A stretch of DNA of 64,000 bases from Octopus sinensis (Eukaryota), in contig NC_043023.1 in NCBI RefSeq assembly GCF_006345805.1, positions 16,368,001-16,432,000 of the forward strand. The letters run 5' to 3'. Shown piece by piece: positions 24,528-40,285 of this stretch. Positions within the stretch are counted from its first letter, which is position 1; each line of letters opens with the position of its first letter. The notes under the pieces are model-generated. The model had not been told where the DNA came from. It worked only from the letters and a program-made list of their open reading frames with translations, and did no database searches. The position numbers and the translations under genes are program-made.

Positions 24528-26680
24528 GGTTAAACCCGGTCAAATAAACAAAATAAAAATTTGTGTAATAGGTGTTAAAAAAACAACTTCCTCTAAACGA
24601 ATATGAAAAAGAAAATGCGCGAACTAGGAGTTGGGGAGAGGCCTCGAAATTTCACATCTTCAGTCCACGGCCTTTAAACTAAGAAAAGAATAGTGTAATT
24701 GGTGTAAAACTACTTGTTCTAAACGATTATCAAGAACACACATGAATCATAAACTCCGTATTCTTGTACGTATTTCGGAAAAAAAAGGGTTAATATAGGG
24801 CGTAACAAATATCAGAAAATCAAAAAAAAAATGTGTGTAATAGGTGTAAAACAACTTCCTATGAACGAATATGAAAAAAAATTCGCGCACGCGAAAGGGG
24901 GGTGGGGGAGAGGCCTCGGAAAATTCACATCGGGAAGTTCCGAAAGCGTCTGAGGGGCTGACCCGGGCACCAAAACAAAAAAAAAATAGTGTAATATGTG
25001 TAAAACAACTTGCTCTAAACGAATATGAAAAAAAAATGCGCTCTCGAGAAAGAGGGGTGGGGGAGAGGCCTCGGAATATTTATATCGGGAATTTCCGAAA
25101 GCGTCTGAACCGGGCACAAAAACAAAAACAAAAACAGCGTAATAGGTGTAAAACAACTTGCTCTAAACGACTATCATGAAAAAAATGCGCGCTCGCGAAA
25201 GGGGGGTGGGGGAGAGGCTTCGGAAATTTCACATCTTCAGTCCACGGCCTTTAAACTAAGAAAAAATAGTGTAATTGGTGTAAAACTACTTGTTCTAAAC
25301 GAGTATCAAGAACACACACTCACACATGAATCATAAACTCCGTATTTCGCAAAAAAAAAAATAAAGAGAAGAAATTCTGGAAAAAGTGAAGAAATGTTGG
25401 ATCTCCGCCATGTGAATCAAAATACGTGTCAGAAACATCTTGAAATACTACAGAAATTATGTTACGAAAATGATAATGTATACATACCTCTTTGAGTGGT
25501 CCATCGATAATGATGATAAAGAAATGAGTTGGATTTGAACTCAGAATATTGACTAACACAACTACATACTACAAGACTCAAAATATTCAGCCAAGTCACC
25601 ACCCTTTAACTAGCAATAATAATAACATCAATAACATAACAGCCAAAAGATTTATTTGTTCTGAAAATAACAATCATAGTAAATAAATATGTTCTTTAAT
25701 ATTCACATTCATGTGCACAGTTAAACACACTTACATACAAACAGTCACGCATGCATAATACAGAACGGAACACATAAATGAAGGATGCATTACTTAGTAT
25801 ATATTACATCTAGAGAATTTTGATTAATAAGTCAAATATGCAAATTATAAAGATAATTAATTGCTTTACTAAACAGTGTTGTAAAGGTGAAAAAATAAAT
25901 TTGGGAAAAAAATACACGCCAAAACTAATTAATAAAGGATAATTAGGGAAGGATTGACACAAAATAATAATTTTTTCTGTCTCTTTTTTTCTGATAAATG
26001 CATCTTAATAAGGGAGAAGAATTGCATATATCTGAACTATTTCAAAGAAAAGCATAAATTTAATGTTTAAAATAGCTTTAACCAAAGAATGAGATCCAAC
26101 ATTTCTTCACTTTTTCCAGAATTTCTTCTCTTTATTTTTTTTTTTGCGAAATACGGAGTTTATGATTCATGTGTGAGTGTGTGTTCTTGATACTCGTTTA
26201 GAACAAGTAGTTTTACACCAATTACACTATTTTTTCTTAGTTTAAAGGCCGTGGACTGAAGATGTGAAATTTCCGAAGCCTCTCCCCCACCCCCCTTTCG
26301 CGAGCGCGCATTTTTTTCGTGATAGTCGTTTAGAGCAAGTTGTTTTACACATATTACACTATTTTTTTTTTGTTTTGGTGCCCGGGTCAGCTCCTCAGAC
26401 GCTTTCGGAACTTCCCGATGTGAATTTTCCGAGGCCTCTCCCCCACCCCCCTTTCGCGTGCGCGAATTTTTTTTTTCATATTCGTTCATAGGAAGTTGTT
26501 TTACACCTATTACACACATTTTTTTTTCATTTTCTGATATTTGTTACGCCCTATATTAACCAAAAAAAGCACCCCTATCGCGAGCGCGCATCTTTTTCGT
26601 CATTCGTTTAGAGCAAGTAGTTTTACACAAATTTGTTTTTTTTTTGCTTTTTTGACCGGGTTTAACGCTTTAGTTTGACC
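24528..26680. mobile_element. Foldback element (unit 2 copy)
   Basis: Near-identical to 13029-15183. TSD GAAATAGC at 24520-24527 and 26681-26688. Confidence 0.88.
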
Positions 26681-29600
26681 GAAATAGCTTCTTCAAAACA
26701 CCGGGCCTTTTCAGGGCCACCTACTTTTTAATTTAAGTCAACTCTTCTAAATCGCGATGTGCTTCTTCTGTGTTTAGACGTTAATTTGCAGCTACTGGTT
26801 TTCGAGGTGCCCCTTTGGGAAAGTTGGTGCACGCCCTTTTGGGGAGAAGGGTTATTTCACACCGAAGTGCGATCCTTTACCCTAAACAATTTACGTTTTA
26901 TTATATCGTTGACGCGATTGCTGGTTCACAGGGACTAAGTAGATTTCTCTTTAGAAAGTCTAGTAACACTTGGGAGTAATATTTAAAAACTATTGAAAAT
27001 GAAAATTAAATTTTGTGCCAGCTACGGAACAAAAAGTCTGCAGCCTCCAATAGAAATACGGGCGGGGTTTAATTTTTGGGTGTGTATTTCCCTGTCCTTG
27101 TTTAGGCCCCGTTAGTGGGTTTTGTTATTGCATAGTCATTCCATTATGCAGAAGACAATCGAAAAAGTTAGGAAGAATTGTAAAAGAAAAATGTTAGCGG
27201 TTCGGATGCAAGGTGAATTGGCAATCTTTCGTCTCTAGTAGACCTTTCCGTCGATTTCCGTAAAAAAATTTTTTTTTTTTACATATGGGCTTGCGGGAAC
27301 TTTTGAAGTAATGAGAGCGAAAGAGATTAAGAGAAAGCGATTGTAAGACGAGGGAAGTTCTTTTGAAGTTACCGTGCATGGGAAGCATTGATGTACATGT
27401 GTGTGTGTGTGTTTGATGGGGTGTGGAAGACAGACAGTATGTTGTGTAAGTGAAGTGCTTCTGTTAGTGTGTGAAAGAAAGAGATAACTGAACTTTTTTA
27501 CTCGGTGTATGTGTATATGTATGTATATTACTTCAAAAGTTCCCGCAAGCCCATATGTAAAAAAAAAAAAAAATTTTTTTACGGAAATCGACGGAAAGGT
27601 CTACAAGAGACGAAAGATCGCCGGTGAATTTTTCTTTGCCTCTGCCGAGTAATCGGTTCTTACACTTTTTTACCGCTATTAGACGACTTTTTGTTTTGGT
27701 GGCCGGGTGTTAAGCTTATTAACTCGTAAAGGTAAGTAAGTATTATTGTACATCTTTACGTGTGAAAGATAATGGGTGTGTGCGAGCGTGTTCACTCACA
27801 TGATCGTGAAAAGCAGACGATATTCAGTATACAGTAGTCCCTCGTCGCTATATCACGGTTTACGATTCCTCCGTGGTGTTCTGTATTTATAAATAGTATA
27901 TTCAAATATTTAAAAATATATACAGTAGTTTCTACTTCGGATTTTCACCTAACGCGGGACTTTTTGGAACGTAACACCTGCGATAGCCGAGGGGTTATTG
28001 TATTGGTGAGGACGAAGCCCCGGCTGCTGCGGAGAACAAAAACTTTAATGAAATTTTATATATAAAAAGTAAGGTTGTGTGTCTGTCTACTACGATTTAG
28101 ATTCCTAACTACTCCCACATTTTGCGGTGCAGTGTAACCAAAACCGGGTATCTTATAGTCGTGATTCATATCGAGCCCTTCTGGGTGTTAGCGCGCGTCT
28201 ACGATTTTTAAAATAATTTACCATCATTTTTTGCTATAACTCTCTAAAAATGCTTTATAGTTATTTCCCTTACAAACCCGAGCAACGCCGGACGATACTG
28301 CTAGTTTTATATGAATACCTTTCAATTCACACTCAATATTGAGCGTTTATGGGGAAGCAGGAAAAAATGTATTTGGAATGTCGCTCGGTTATTATTCATA
28401 CGGGTCATCGCCGACCCAGCGACTTGATAACGTTCTTTTGGAGGCTTATATACCCGTGTCCCTAATGGCACGGAAGAATGTATACCGCTAGGTACATTGG
28501 CGCATTTTTTATGTTGTAAAACATTAAATATAGATCTTGTTAACTTTCCTTATTGGTGACTGAGAGAGAACTTGTAGTAATTAACCGAAAATATTAAGAT
28601 AAGGAGGGTATCGGACGGGCGTGAGATATGCTAAAAACAACAGTTGTCTCTCACCATGGTACATGGGATCTTTTTAAAAGCATTTCCATATTTCAATGGA
28701 ATACCCTTAAGCAGATAAGTAATTTATGTATTTCCTTCTCTTTGAACCACCTCGGAAAAGATTTTCCCCACAAATTTCTTTATAATAGTAATCTGTCGCT
28801 TGAAAAAAACCCCCCACATTTCCTAAAAGTCATGAGCAAAAGACTCGGATCTTGTGAATTTTTCCCGGTTGCTTTCATGCACATTTTTCTCTACTCTTTG
28901 CACCACCCTTAAAAAAGTTTTCATTTCTACATAAACCCCCGTTTTCGACTACGGATAATACCTCTGATTCATGTAAAATTTCAATATAAAAACTCCGTAT
29001 TTTCTTTCCGCATAATTTGAAAAAAAAAATTGTATTATCCGTAGGCGAAAACGGCGCCTTTTTCTTTTTTCAATTAGCTCCCTCTCCAGACCGTTGTTTC
29101 TCCATGACCTGTTGGGTTTAGGGAAATCTTTAAAAAAATTGAGAAAACACTAAAAATCAGAGACGAAGAAGGTTGTCTGTTAGAAACAACAGCCTAATCT
29201 CCCTTTAATCACACTTTTTTGCATCTGAATAATTCTCTTAACATTAAAATTCGGTCGTCATTCCGCTGTTCAAATATGACGATTACAATCTAAATCTACC
29301 ACACACCCATCATACTCCGTAGCAAAGTCTTAATACCTTCAGTCTGAAAGATGCAACTTACGGGGAGGACTGGTCATTGTTTCTAGCACATCCCAGGCTT
29401 GTCACTTGCATGGATGTATAATTTCAACGGTTGTAAAATAAAAATGTGTAGAAAACGAATATGAAAACAAAAATGCGCAGAAAGCAGACGTCGGAAAATT
29501 CACAACATCCAAACTTTTCCACTATTTAGGAAAATATTTAAAAAAATTTTATATAAATACCCCACCTGCTTCGACGTGTATAAATCACGTACCTTTACTT

Positions 29601-29744
29601 CCCCCAGTCCATTCTATGGCCGTTAACACCCTAACCCCAAAAACATGGATCGCAAATCGGCAGAAAATCTGAATTAACTTTCATGAGAATGTGGGTGGCC
29701 CTGAAAAGGACCGTTATTCTTCGATGAAGAGAAACTAAGCAGGT

Positions 29745-30122
29745 TTATTTGCTGCTAGTGTATTTGGTGACGGCCTTAGTACCCTCAGAGACGGCGTGTT
29801 TGGCCAACTCACCAGGAAGGAGAAGACGGACAGCAGTCTGCACCTCACGGCTACTGATGGTCGAACGTTTGTTGTAGTGAGCCAAGCGGCTGGATTCAGA
29901 AGCTATTCTTTCGAACAGATCGTTGACAAAACTGTTCATGATGGACATAGCTTTGCTGGAGATGCCAGTGTCCGGGTGGACTTGCTTCATCACTTTGTAG
30001 ATGTAGATGGAATAACTTTCCTTCCTCTTCTTCTTACGTTTCTTGTCCCCGGCAGGGCGAGAGGTCTTGGCCTTGGAAGCCTTCTTGGCTCCTTTCGAAG
30101 CAGTTGCTGGTGCTGGTGGCAT
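29745..30122 (-). CDS. H2B: Histone H2B (unit 3)
   Basis: 125-aa canonical H2B. Confidence 0.99.
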   Translation of the reverse strand: MPPAPATASKGAKKASKAKTSRPAGDKKRKKKRKESYSIYIYKVMKQVHPDTGISSKAMSIMNSFVNDLFERIASESSRLAHYNKRSTISSREVQTAVRLLLPGELAKHAVSEGTKAVTKYTSSK

Positions 30123-30396
30123 AATGTCACTTGCGAAAGCTACTCAGCAACCCTCGTCCACGCTATTTATAATTGACAAGTAGGCTCAGCCGAGCACCTT
30201 GCTGACGTTTCGCGCCAATCAATTTCATTGGTGGAATTTGACAGCCTTCTAATCACGTGACATAAACCCGCTCCTTTTTCGCTCGGCAGTTTGTGACTGC
30301 TGGAGCCTCCTGACTGCTATTTAAAGGCAAAAGCCGCCCTCTTTTTTAATTCTTTGGCCGTCTTCTTTGTTGAGAACTACTGTCGAACTTTGAAAT

Positions 30397-30774
30397 ATGT
30401 CTGGACGTGGTAAAGGAGGAAAAGTAAAGGGAAAGAGCAAGACCCGTTCGTCCCGTGCCGGACTTCAGTTCCCTGTCGGTCGTATCCACCGTCTTCTCCG
30501 TAAGGGAAATTATGCCCAACGTGTCGGTGCCGGAGCCCCAGTCTACTTGGCCGCTGTAATGGAATATTTGGCTGCTGAGGTGTTGGAATTGGCAGGAAAT
30601 GCTGCCAGAGATAACAAGAAATCGAGAATCATTCCCCGTCACTTGCAGTTGGCCATCCGTAACGACGAAGAATTGAACAAACTTTTGTCCGGAGTGACCA
30701 TCGCCCAGGGTGGTGTTCTTCCCAACATTCAGGCTGTTCTTCTGCCCAAGAAAACCCAGAAGGCTTCCAAGTAA
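30397..30774 (+). CDS. H2A: Histone H2A (unit 3)
   Basis: 125-aa canonical H2A. Confidence 0.99.
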   Translation: MSGRGKGGKVKGKSKTRSSRAGLQFPVGRIHRLLRKGNYAQRVGAGAPVYLAAVMEYLAAEVLELAGNAARDNKKSRIIPRHLQLAIRNDEELNKLLSGVTIAQGGVLPNIQAVLLPKKTQKASK

Positions 30775-33700
30775 ATTAATTCGGTGGCATTTTTTGCTTT
30801 ATCCGTATCAACGGCCCTTTTCAGGGCCTCTCACACTTTGCGTATTTGTCTTTTCTCGACTTAATATTTGCGATTTTTTCGTCTGAAGAATTTTTGGTAC
30901 TACTTCAGAAGAGTGGTCCCAGTGCGCGCACTCGCGCTAGCTAGACGTGTCTAGTCGATCCTTTGTGTTTCTTATTTACTTTAATTCATTTTGTGTTTTA
31001 TTTACTTTGTTTAGAAATAATTATTTATTTTGTGTTTTATTTACTTTGCTAGGATCGTCTCGTTACGAGTGGCTAGCGCGAGTGCGCGCACCAGGACCTC
31101 GTTATGTACTACCGAATTTTTGCATTTTTTCTCACGCAGGGGGAAACGATTGGTCTAGTCTCCAGAGATTCGCCACCCGCTTCCATAACATTAGCGTAAC
31201 CAATATTTCGGAAATGGTAGCAGAGACGTCATTGTAATCAGCTGTTTTATCTTTACCAATTTACTAAATCTATTTTATGTGGACGTGATTCATCTTTACC
31301 AACGAATTGTTTATTTATGTACACTGTATTGTGTCTATACGCGTGTATTCTACCAGTGGCTGGGGTTGTTTCTCAGAATCTTTTCGGTTTGACCGGCAGT
31401 TTTTTTTCTAGCAGTGTCATATGAAATTGTCATCCATAATTATTACCCTAGTATCGATCTATTGCATTTCAATCTGTTTTAGGGCTAGGGTTTGGAGGGA
31501 AGGGTATCTTTTTTTTCTTCGGAATTGTAAGGGACCACAGAACGTTTTCACCTCACTAGACGTCATTGATTGGTTGAAAAAAAAACAAGTATCTTACAAA
31601 CTGTAGAATTTTCTCAATAAAGCCAAGAGAAAAAGATGTTTTATGAACACATTCTACCAGTATACGAAGTTTAAAAGTGTTTAGTTACGTGGAAATTATT
31701 TTAAAAAGCTGCCGGTCAAACCGAAAAGATCCCCCCAAACCTGAAAAAATCCGCAAGCCTTCTATCATACTCTCAATTTTGATCAACTTGCTCCGCAGGG
31801 TCTCAGAGGAGATAGTGTTAGTTGAAGGCTACCAAACCTGCCATACACAGACAATTTCAGCTTTATATATATATATATACTAGCAGTGCTGCCAGGGTCT
31901 GTTTCGATCCTTTAGAATTGGAACTTTTGAAGTAAAAATTTCGCATTATTCTCTTTAAGTGAACATTTTTCTGGTTGAAATACACCGAAAAATGTCGATA
32001 CAGCAGTGAAAAAATCGTAAGAAAATAGGGATTTTCATAGAAAAAAGCATTTTTTGATGTAAATAAATTTTGGTGTTAACATGGTCCGATTCGAATTTTT
32101 TCTTCTACGGAATGAAGAGCAAGCCTTCTATCATACTCTCAATTTTGGTCAACTTGCACCGCAGGGTCTCGGAGGAGATGGTGTTAGTTGAAGGCTACCA
32201 AACCTGCCACACAGACAACTTCAGCTTTATGTATCGACTTTTAACCACAACGGCACAAGGGAGACCACTCTGAATCTTAGCTGCCCTCGCTGTGTTCAAA
32301 TTCCGTCGAGGTCGACTTTACCGTTCATCCCTTCGGGGTCGATTAAATAAGTACCAGTTACGCACTGGGGTCGATGCAATCGACTTAATCCCATTGTCCG
32401 TCCTTACTTGTCCCCTCTGTGTTTAGCCCTTTGTGGGTAATAAATAAATAGGTATCTCGGCTGCCGTTACGTTCTGAGTTCAAATTCCGCCGAGGTCGAC
32501 AAATTAAGTACCTGTTACGCACTGGGGTCGATATAATCGACTTAATACCCATGTCTGTCCCCTGTGTTTAGCCCCTTGTGGGTAATAAAGAGCACTGTCA
32601 TGCTTCAGAAGTGAAAGTCGTCAACTTCGTGTATTTACGTGGTCAGGTTTATACCTTCGTTAATTTACGTACCACCACGCTGTTAGGTTTATAAAACAAT
32701 TGAAGTTCAGTTTAAAGTTTATAAATAAATACATTTCATTACATGGGCGAAGTTTCGTTTGTCGTAGCACACGTTTCCGTAAAAAACTTTTATTTTTTTA
32801 CATATGGCTTTGCGGGAATATTTGAAGTAATGAGAGCGAAAGAGACTAAGAGAAAGCGATTGTATGACGAGGGAAGTTCTTTTGAAGTTACCGTCCAGGG
32901 GAAGCATTGATGTACATGTGTGTTTGATGGGGTGTGGGAGACAGAAAGTATGTTGTGTAAGTGAAGTGCTTCTGTTAGTGTGTGCGAAGAGACAGAGAGA
33001 GATAACTGAAATTTTTTACTCGGTGTATGTGTGTGTGTGTATGTATCTATGTATGTGTGTGTGTATGTATGTATGTATGGCCGATTCAGTGTAATTTTTT
33101 ACTCGGTGTATGATATATGTGTGTATGTGTATGTATCTATGTATGTATGTATGGCCGATTCAGTGTTTACATTTTTTACGGAAATCGACGGAAACGTGTG
33201 CTACAACAAACGAAACTTCGCCCATTCCATGTTCTGTTTAAACTTTATAAATAAATATATTCTTGCATTATTCATTAGTTTTTAAAAAAGAAATCACACC
33301 AAATCTGCAAGGATTCTTTCTCTCCAAGTTTTAAATGAGACATTGCTGGCATAATTTCGTTATGAAAAAAGTTAAAAATGAAGGAAAGTGGGTGTTATAA
33401 ATTAGAAATGTCTATTTTTGCAGATTAGCATTCCCCGTCGACTTGAAGCAGGCTATTCACGTGCTAAAAATAACAGCCAAATCTCCAAAACTGCGATAAC
33501 AGAACGAAAGAAACCTGTAAACAACCTACTCACCTTTGCACATTCTTCTATCAGAAACCTCCCGCAGTAACGACAAAGTAAAGATATAAAAAAATAAGTG
33601 CGGAAATAACAAAAAATAACCAGCGCAAAACATCATATGCTTCTGGAACTGAAAATGTGCATTATAAGGGGAAAATCGGATGCCGGTCCCCACCCGTCAG

Positions 33701-34390
33701 GATCGTTTGCGCAAATCCTTTCTATTCATATTCGATTTCTACAATTACTGGATCTTTTCGGTTTAAACGGCAGCTTTTTTTAGTGGTGTCATATGAAATT
33801 ATCACCCATAATTATGACCCTAGTATCGATCTATTGCATTTCAATCTGTTTTAGGGTTAGTGGGGAAAGGATATCATTTTCTCTTCAGAAATGTAAATAA
33901 ACCCAATATGTTTCTTAAACGAGGGACATATTCATACGGCACAGAATGTTTCCTTACCTCAATAGAGTATCTCTATTATGATCATGGCGATTTTATATAA
34001 AATGAGACAATACAAGACAAACAAAAGACAAAGATGCTATATGAGGTCGCATAGAGTAAATATTAAAAATTTACTCAAATAATATGTATTTTATATATCG
34101 TTCTACAAACTTAGAACTTCGATTTAAACTGAAACAAAGCCACAGAAACACCGTTACCTCAATAGACGTCAGATTTATAAACACATTCCATCAGTATACG
34201 AAATTTAAAAGTTCTTAGTTACCTAGAAATTATGTTAAAAACTGCCGTTCAAACCGAAAAGCTGGAATTTCTCCTGTTTTCGCTATGGAGCGAGGATCTT
34301 AAGCATATCAAAGGTCGAAAGAGAATACTTAGGATACAATGTGGCGGCCCTAAAAAGGGCCATTTAAAATGCTGACAAAGCAACAGAGAC

Positions 34391-34828
<438 letters not shown>

Positions 34829-34935
34829 TCAACCGTCACTTTATATAGTGACCGTTAAAGAAGGAAAGATCGGGCGGGAAGATGGTTTTCTTAGATTTAC
34901 AAATGACAGCTGCCCGCCAAACCGACTGCTGCTGA

Positions 34936-35385
<450 letters not shown>

Positions 35386-36289
35386 GCTAAGAACCTTGAG
35401 CTTCTTTGAAACATACCGGCCCTTTTCAGGGCCACCCACTTTTTAATTTAAGTCAACTCTTCTAAATCGCGATGTGCTTCATCTTGTGTTGTCGGACGGA
35501 AGGAGAGTACAGCTGTCGTCTGAGTCAATCTTAAAAATTGACCCGCCTGGTTCCATGACGAACGAAGGTAAGCATTGCTTTCTCGTGATAGTAGCAGTTG
35601 CGAAAGAGGTTATATGGAAGACTAGAGTGAAAGGTATAATGGCAGACACTATGATATCTGGCACCGCCCTAACGGACTTTAGGTTCCATCTGAAAAGGAA
35701 GGTGGGGCTAGAGAAAAGGTGTCTGTATTCAAAAAAAGATGGATGCGTGTTGCACGGATGCTAGGTGTGAAAGGCCCTGCATGAACACGCCATGATCACT
35801 TACCAAAAGGTTTCAGTTTAAATAACAGGGCTCGTGGGGTCGGCTATCCTGTTCTTTTGACTTCATATGTCCGTCCCTTTTTGTTCTTGTGACTCATTCA
35901 ATTTCATTTTCATTGTAAATGATCCATTCGATTTCACTGTAAATAGTTCCATTTCATGACCCCAAATCATTGTATTGTCCCCATCTATGTAAACCCTTAT
36001 GGGTAATAAAGAAATAGCGGTTAAACCCGGTCAAATAAACAAAATAAAAATTTGTGTAATAGGTGTTAAAAAAACAACTTCCTCTAAACGAATATGAAAA
36101 AAATAGTAAATTGAAGTGTGAACACAGCACCTTACAGAGTATAAGTATATGACATTTTTAAAATTTAACTTCATTTGTTTTATATTCTAAATAATTTCAA
36201 AAAGTATATTAATTTTGCGTTTTTTAATTTGATAAATTCTACGGAAAGAATTTAGTGCGAAAAATTTATACATTTATACACAAAGACCT

Positions 36290-36700
36290 ATTGTGGCAAG
36301 CGAAGTTGATATCGAACCTCATCCCACGACAGGCACCCATGCCAACCCCCTTTGCTTGCGAAGACATGTTGGGGCAAGTGTGGCACCCGGCAGATGCCAG
36401 GACCCCTGGACTGGTGGTACGTAAAAAGCACTATCCGAATCGTGGCCGATGCCAGAGCCGCCTCGACTGGCACCAATCCGACCGTGGCCGTTGCCAGCCT
36501 CTCCTGGCACCTGTGCGGGTGGCATGTAAAAAGCACCCACTACAGTCTCGGAGTGGTTGGCGTTAGGAAGGGCATCCAGCTGTAGAAACATTGCCAGATA
36601 AGACTGTAGTCTGGTGCAGCCTTCTGGCTTCCCAGATCCCCGGTCGAACCGTCCAACCCATGCTGGCATGGAGAACGGACGTTAAACGATGATGATGATG
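36290..36700 (+). mobile_element. SINE-like family D with a (GAT)n tail (also ~53970-54307, 57440-57682, 60492-60698 on -)
   Basis: Shared core GGTTGGCGTTAGGAAGGGCATCCAG and tail CATGG..GGACGTTAAACGATGATG. Confidence 0.75.
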
Positions 36701-38117
36701 AGAAGAAATTAATTCATTAAGTTTACCAAATTATATACGTCTGTAAAAAAAAAAAAAGTTTCACTAATTATATACGTTTGCGTTTGTGTAAAAAAAATTA
36801 TTAACCAAGTTTTATAAATTATTTACTTTGTTCAAAAAATATTATTAATATTAATTAATTTTCAAGAATTATTTAATTTATATAATTAATTCATTAATTT
36901 TATTCTGTAAAATAGTAATTAATTCATTTATCTGTAAATCGCTATGTTGTCATTCAGGCAGCTGGAAATAGCAGCCAGATTTCCCTCCAATAACACTTTA
37001 TTGTCTTAAAAAGCAGAAAGGTATCTAAAAAATTCGGGTTTTTTTTTTTTTTTCTTTTTGAGGTCAGGTTACTTGATTCCACGCAAAAAATCTGATTTTT
37101 TTTTTCCATGTGATAATTCCGGGGGGGGGTACCCCCCCCCCTTTCCGGACCAAAATATGGGATTTGCAGCATATTAGGAGGTCAGGGTACTTGATTCCAC
37201 GCAAAAAAGCCGAGTTTTTTTTTTTTTTTTCTTAGTGAAAATCGTGCGGTTGTTAATCTGTAATTTTACCGAAAAGAGCACCTTTTTGATGTAAATAATT
37301 TTTGGTCTTAACATGGTCCGATTTGAATTTTTTCTTCTACGGAAGGAAGAGCAAGCCTTCTTCTATCATACTCTCAATTTTGGTCAACTTGCGCCGCAGG
37401 GTCTCGGAGGAGATAGTGTTAGTTGAAGGCTACCAAACCAGTCACAAACAGACAACTTCAGCTTTATATATAGAGAGATTGCGCAAACGAATTTATTTTT
37501 TTCTGTAAATCCTGACTTCTCTTTCGATCGTTGAGATGCTAATCGCTTCTGTTTGTTCATTTTCTGAGAGTAACTTTTCTATAGTAAGATTAATATGGAT
37601 TGGTTAAGATGCATTTGCGGGTCAATAAAAAGACCTTCAACGAGGAACAAGAAAATATAAACCAGCCTAGCGGGTGTTAGCAAGTGTGGAATAGGAATAT
37701 GAGGAAAACTGCGGGCGATCCTTCGGTATAGGTACCATAAGTGCCGGAGTTGGCTTTCTTTACATTTCTGAAGATAACAGAAGCCCTTTTCTCTCACCCC
37801 TAACAGCCTATATGTATATAAAAAAACCTTTCTTGAAATGTATCCGGTACCTATATCGAAGTTACGCCAAACTGCGCGCTGACGGTCCCTGGGGTAGGGT
37901 GGGGGCTTTCGGAAAATTCGTAGGATCCGATTTTTCCGGTAAAATAAGTGGGGGTTTTTTTTTACGGAATCGCACGTTTTGGTTATGGAGGATCCCATTC
38001 CGAAAGGAATTTTTTTAAAAATTGCGTTTTCAAAGTTAACCCGTCCCGGAGTTTTTTTGGGGTTTTTTTTCGAAATACGTAGAGAAATAAGTTAGCGATT
38101 CTGAAACAGATTTATAG

Positions 38118-38602
38118 ACGCAGGAGTGGCTGTTTGGTAAGTAGCTTGTTTACCAACCACATGGTTCCAAGTTCAGTCTCACTGCATGGCACCTTGGGCA
38201 AGTGTCTTCTACTATACCCTCGGACTGACCAAAGCCTTGTGAGTGGATTTGGTAGGCGGAAACTGAAAGAAGCCCGTCGTATGTATATATATATGCGTGT
38301 GTGTGTGTGTTTGTCCCCCTAGCATTGCTTGACAACCGATGCTGGTGTGTTTATGTCCCCGTAACTTAGCGGTTCGGCAAAAAGAGACCGATAGAATAAG
38401 TCCCGGGGTTGGCTTTCTTTACATTTCTGAAGATAACAGAAGCCCTTTTCTCCCACCCCTAACCCCCTATATATATATATTTAAAAAAAAACACTTTCTT
38501 GAAATGTATCCGGTACCTATACCGAAGTTACGCCGAATTGCGCGCTGATGGTCCCAGGGCTCCAGCATGGCCGCAGTCAGATGACTGAAACAAGTAAAAG
38601 AG
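38118..38602 (+). mobile_element. SINE family A, interrupted by a duplicate of 37747-37890
   Basis: Head at 38118 and tail at 38559-38602. The insert 38407-38557 matches upstream flank. Confidence 0.75.
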
Positions 38603-38634
<32 letters not shown>

Positions 38635-38798
38635 GGTACTACTTGAGAACAGTGGTCCCTGTGCGCGTAGTCGCGCATCCGCACTAGCTACTCATGACTA
38701 ATCGATCCTTTGTGTTTTATTTACCTTGCTAGTCGTTGTAGGATCGATTAGTCACGACTAGGTAGCGCGCACCGGGACCACTATTCTCAAGTAGTACC
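38635..38798. mobile_element. Palindromic MITE (GGTACTACTTGAGAA TIR); a partial copy is at 63720
   Basis: GGTACTACTTGAGAA..TTCTCAAGTAGTACC. Confidence 0.85.
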
Positions 38799-39670
38799 AT
38801 ATGTGTGTATGTATCTTCATGGAGGCTATCCACATGCTAGAAATGGCAGCCAAATCTCACAAAAAATACTTCAATTTCACTTGAATTTCTTAGACTTCTG
38901 CCCATCCCACCACTAAAAATAAAACCCAAAAAGCCGAGGTCTTTCCGAAGATATCTTTTGCAGGGCGTTCCTTCGTTTTAAATGGAATAAAACCATCACA
39001 AGACCCGTTGGTTTTTTTTTCGTGACAATTCACATGATATCTTCGTGAACTGAGAATTTGCTTTCGGTACAAGAACACTACAAACCACTGAATGCCGAGC
39101 CGTAAGAATGTCTAAGATGCAAGGCTTTTTACTGGCATAATTTCGTTTATATCTATATCCCACAACACGTAGATACTTAAAAACAGAACCGGCACACTTG
39201 TCACGGAGGTCACGAAGATATCCAAAGTGAATTGTCCAGTTGAAACGAAGGAAAGGCCCCCTTTGCAGAGAGGTTAGTAGGTCCATTATGTTATCGCAGT
39301 TTTGTGAGATTTGGCCGTTATTTCTAGCATGTGGCTCGCCTGCTTGAAGGTATATACATACATATATATATATATATATTCAATTAATCAATTCAGGGTA
39401 GCAAGAAATTCAATAGAAATTATTTTGCCACCAGCGGTCTAGTGAGAAAGAGGAAATAGTCAGAGGCTATAAATAAATTCAACTTGGAGTCCTGGCTGCT
39501 CTTTCTAATGGGATGAATGGCCTATTGAGGCCGTTCCTCAATTGTTGGTATATATATATAATTATATTATATAGAGGGCATTATTACACATAAATGCCAC
39601 ACGCTAGGAGGGACTCTTAAAGTCAAAACTACCAAAATAAACGTATCGTACCGAATGTGGCATTTAAGTG

Positions 39671-39954
39671 TAATAATGCCGTCTATATAATATAAATAAA
39701 TATATTCAAGTGGAAAAAATTTACAGATTTTTTCTCTTATAAGGTTTTTCACGCTACCTGATAATTTCTTATGAAGATTTTATCCTATTTTTAAATCATA
39801 TCTATATATATATATATATATATATTTAAAAAATAGGATAAAATGTTAATAAGAAATTATCAGGTAGTTAGCGTGAAAAACCTTATAAGAGAAAAAATCT
39901 GTAAATTTTTTCACTTGAATATATTTATTTATATTATATAGACGGCATTATTAT
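39671..39954. repeat. ~125-bp-arm palindrome centred on (TA)n
   Basis: 39671-39797 is the near-perfect reverse complement of 39826-39954. Confidence 0.85.
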
Positions 39955-40238
39955 TAAATATATATATATATATACACAAATTAGTAAATAAATGGCACAA
40001 CTAAGTACCGATATTTACTGGAAATAGCGAACGTAAAAATACGACGCTAATGTGTAGCTTCACCGCGTATGTATTAGTAAAAATGCGTGTGTGCAACAAA
40101 ATAGAGAAAAAAAACCGTCTTACCTCCAGGGAGAACATCTGTGTATTTTTCCCTCACGGGCTACTTTTTACTGGAAGGCAATACTTTGTATTGCATTACT
40201 GATATTTTATATATATATATATATAAACACATATATAC

Positions 40239-40285
<47 letters not shown>

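Noticed and set aside
37119-37141. G9-TA-C10 hairpin
   Set aside because: It is an isolated low-complexity palindrome with no supportable function.
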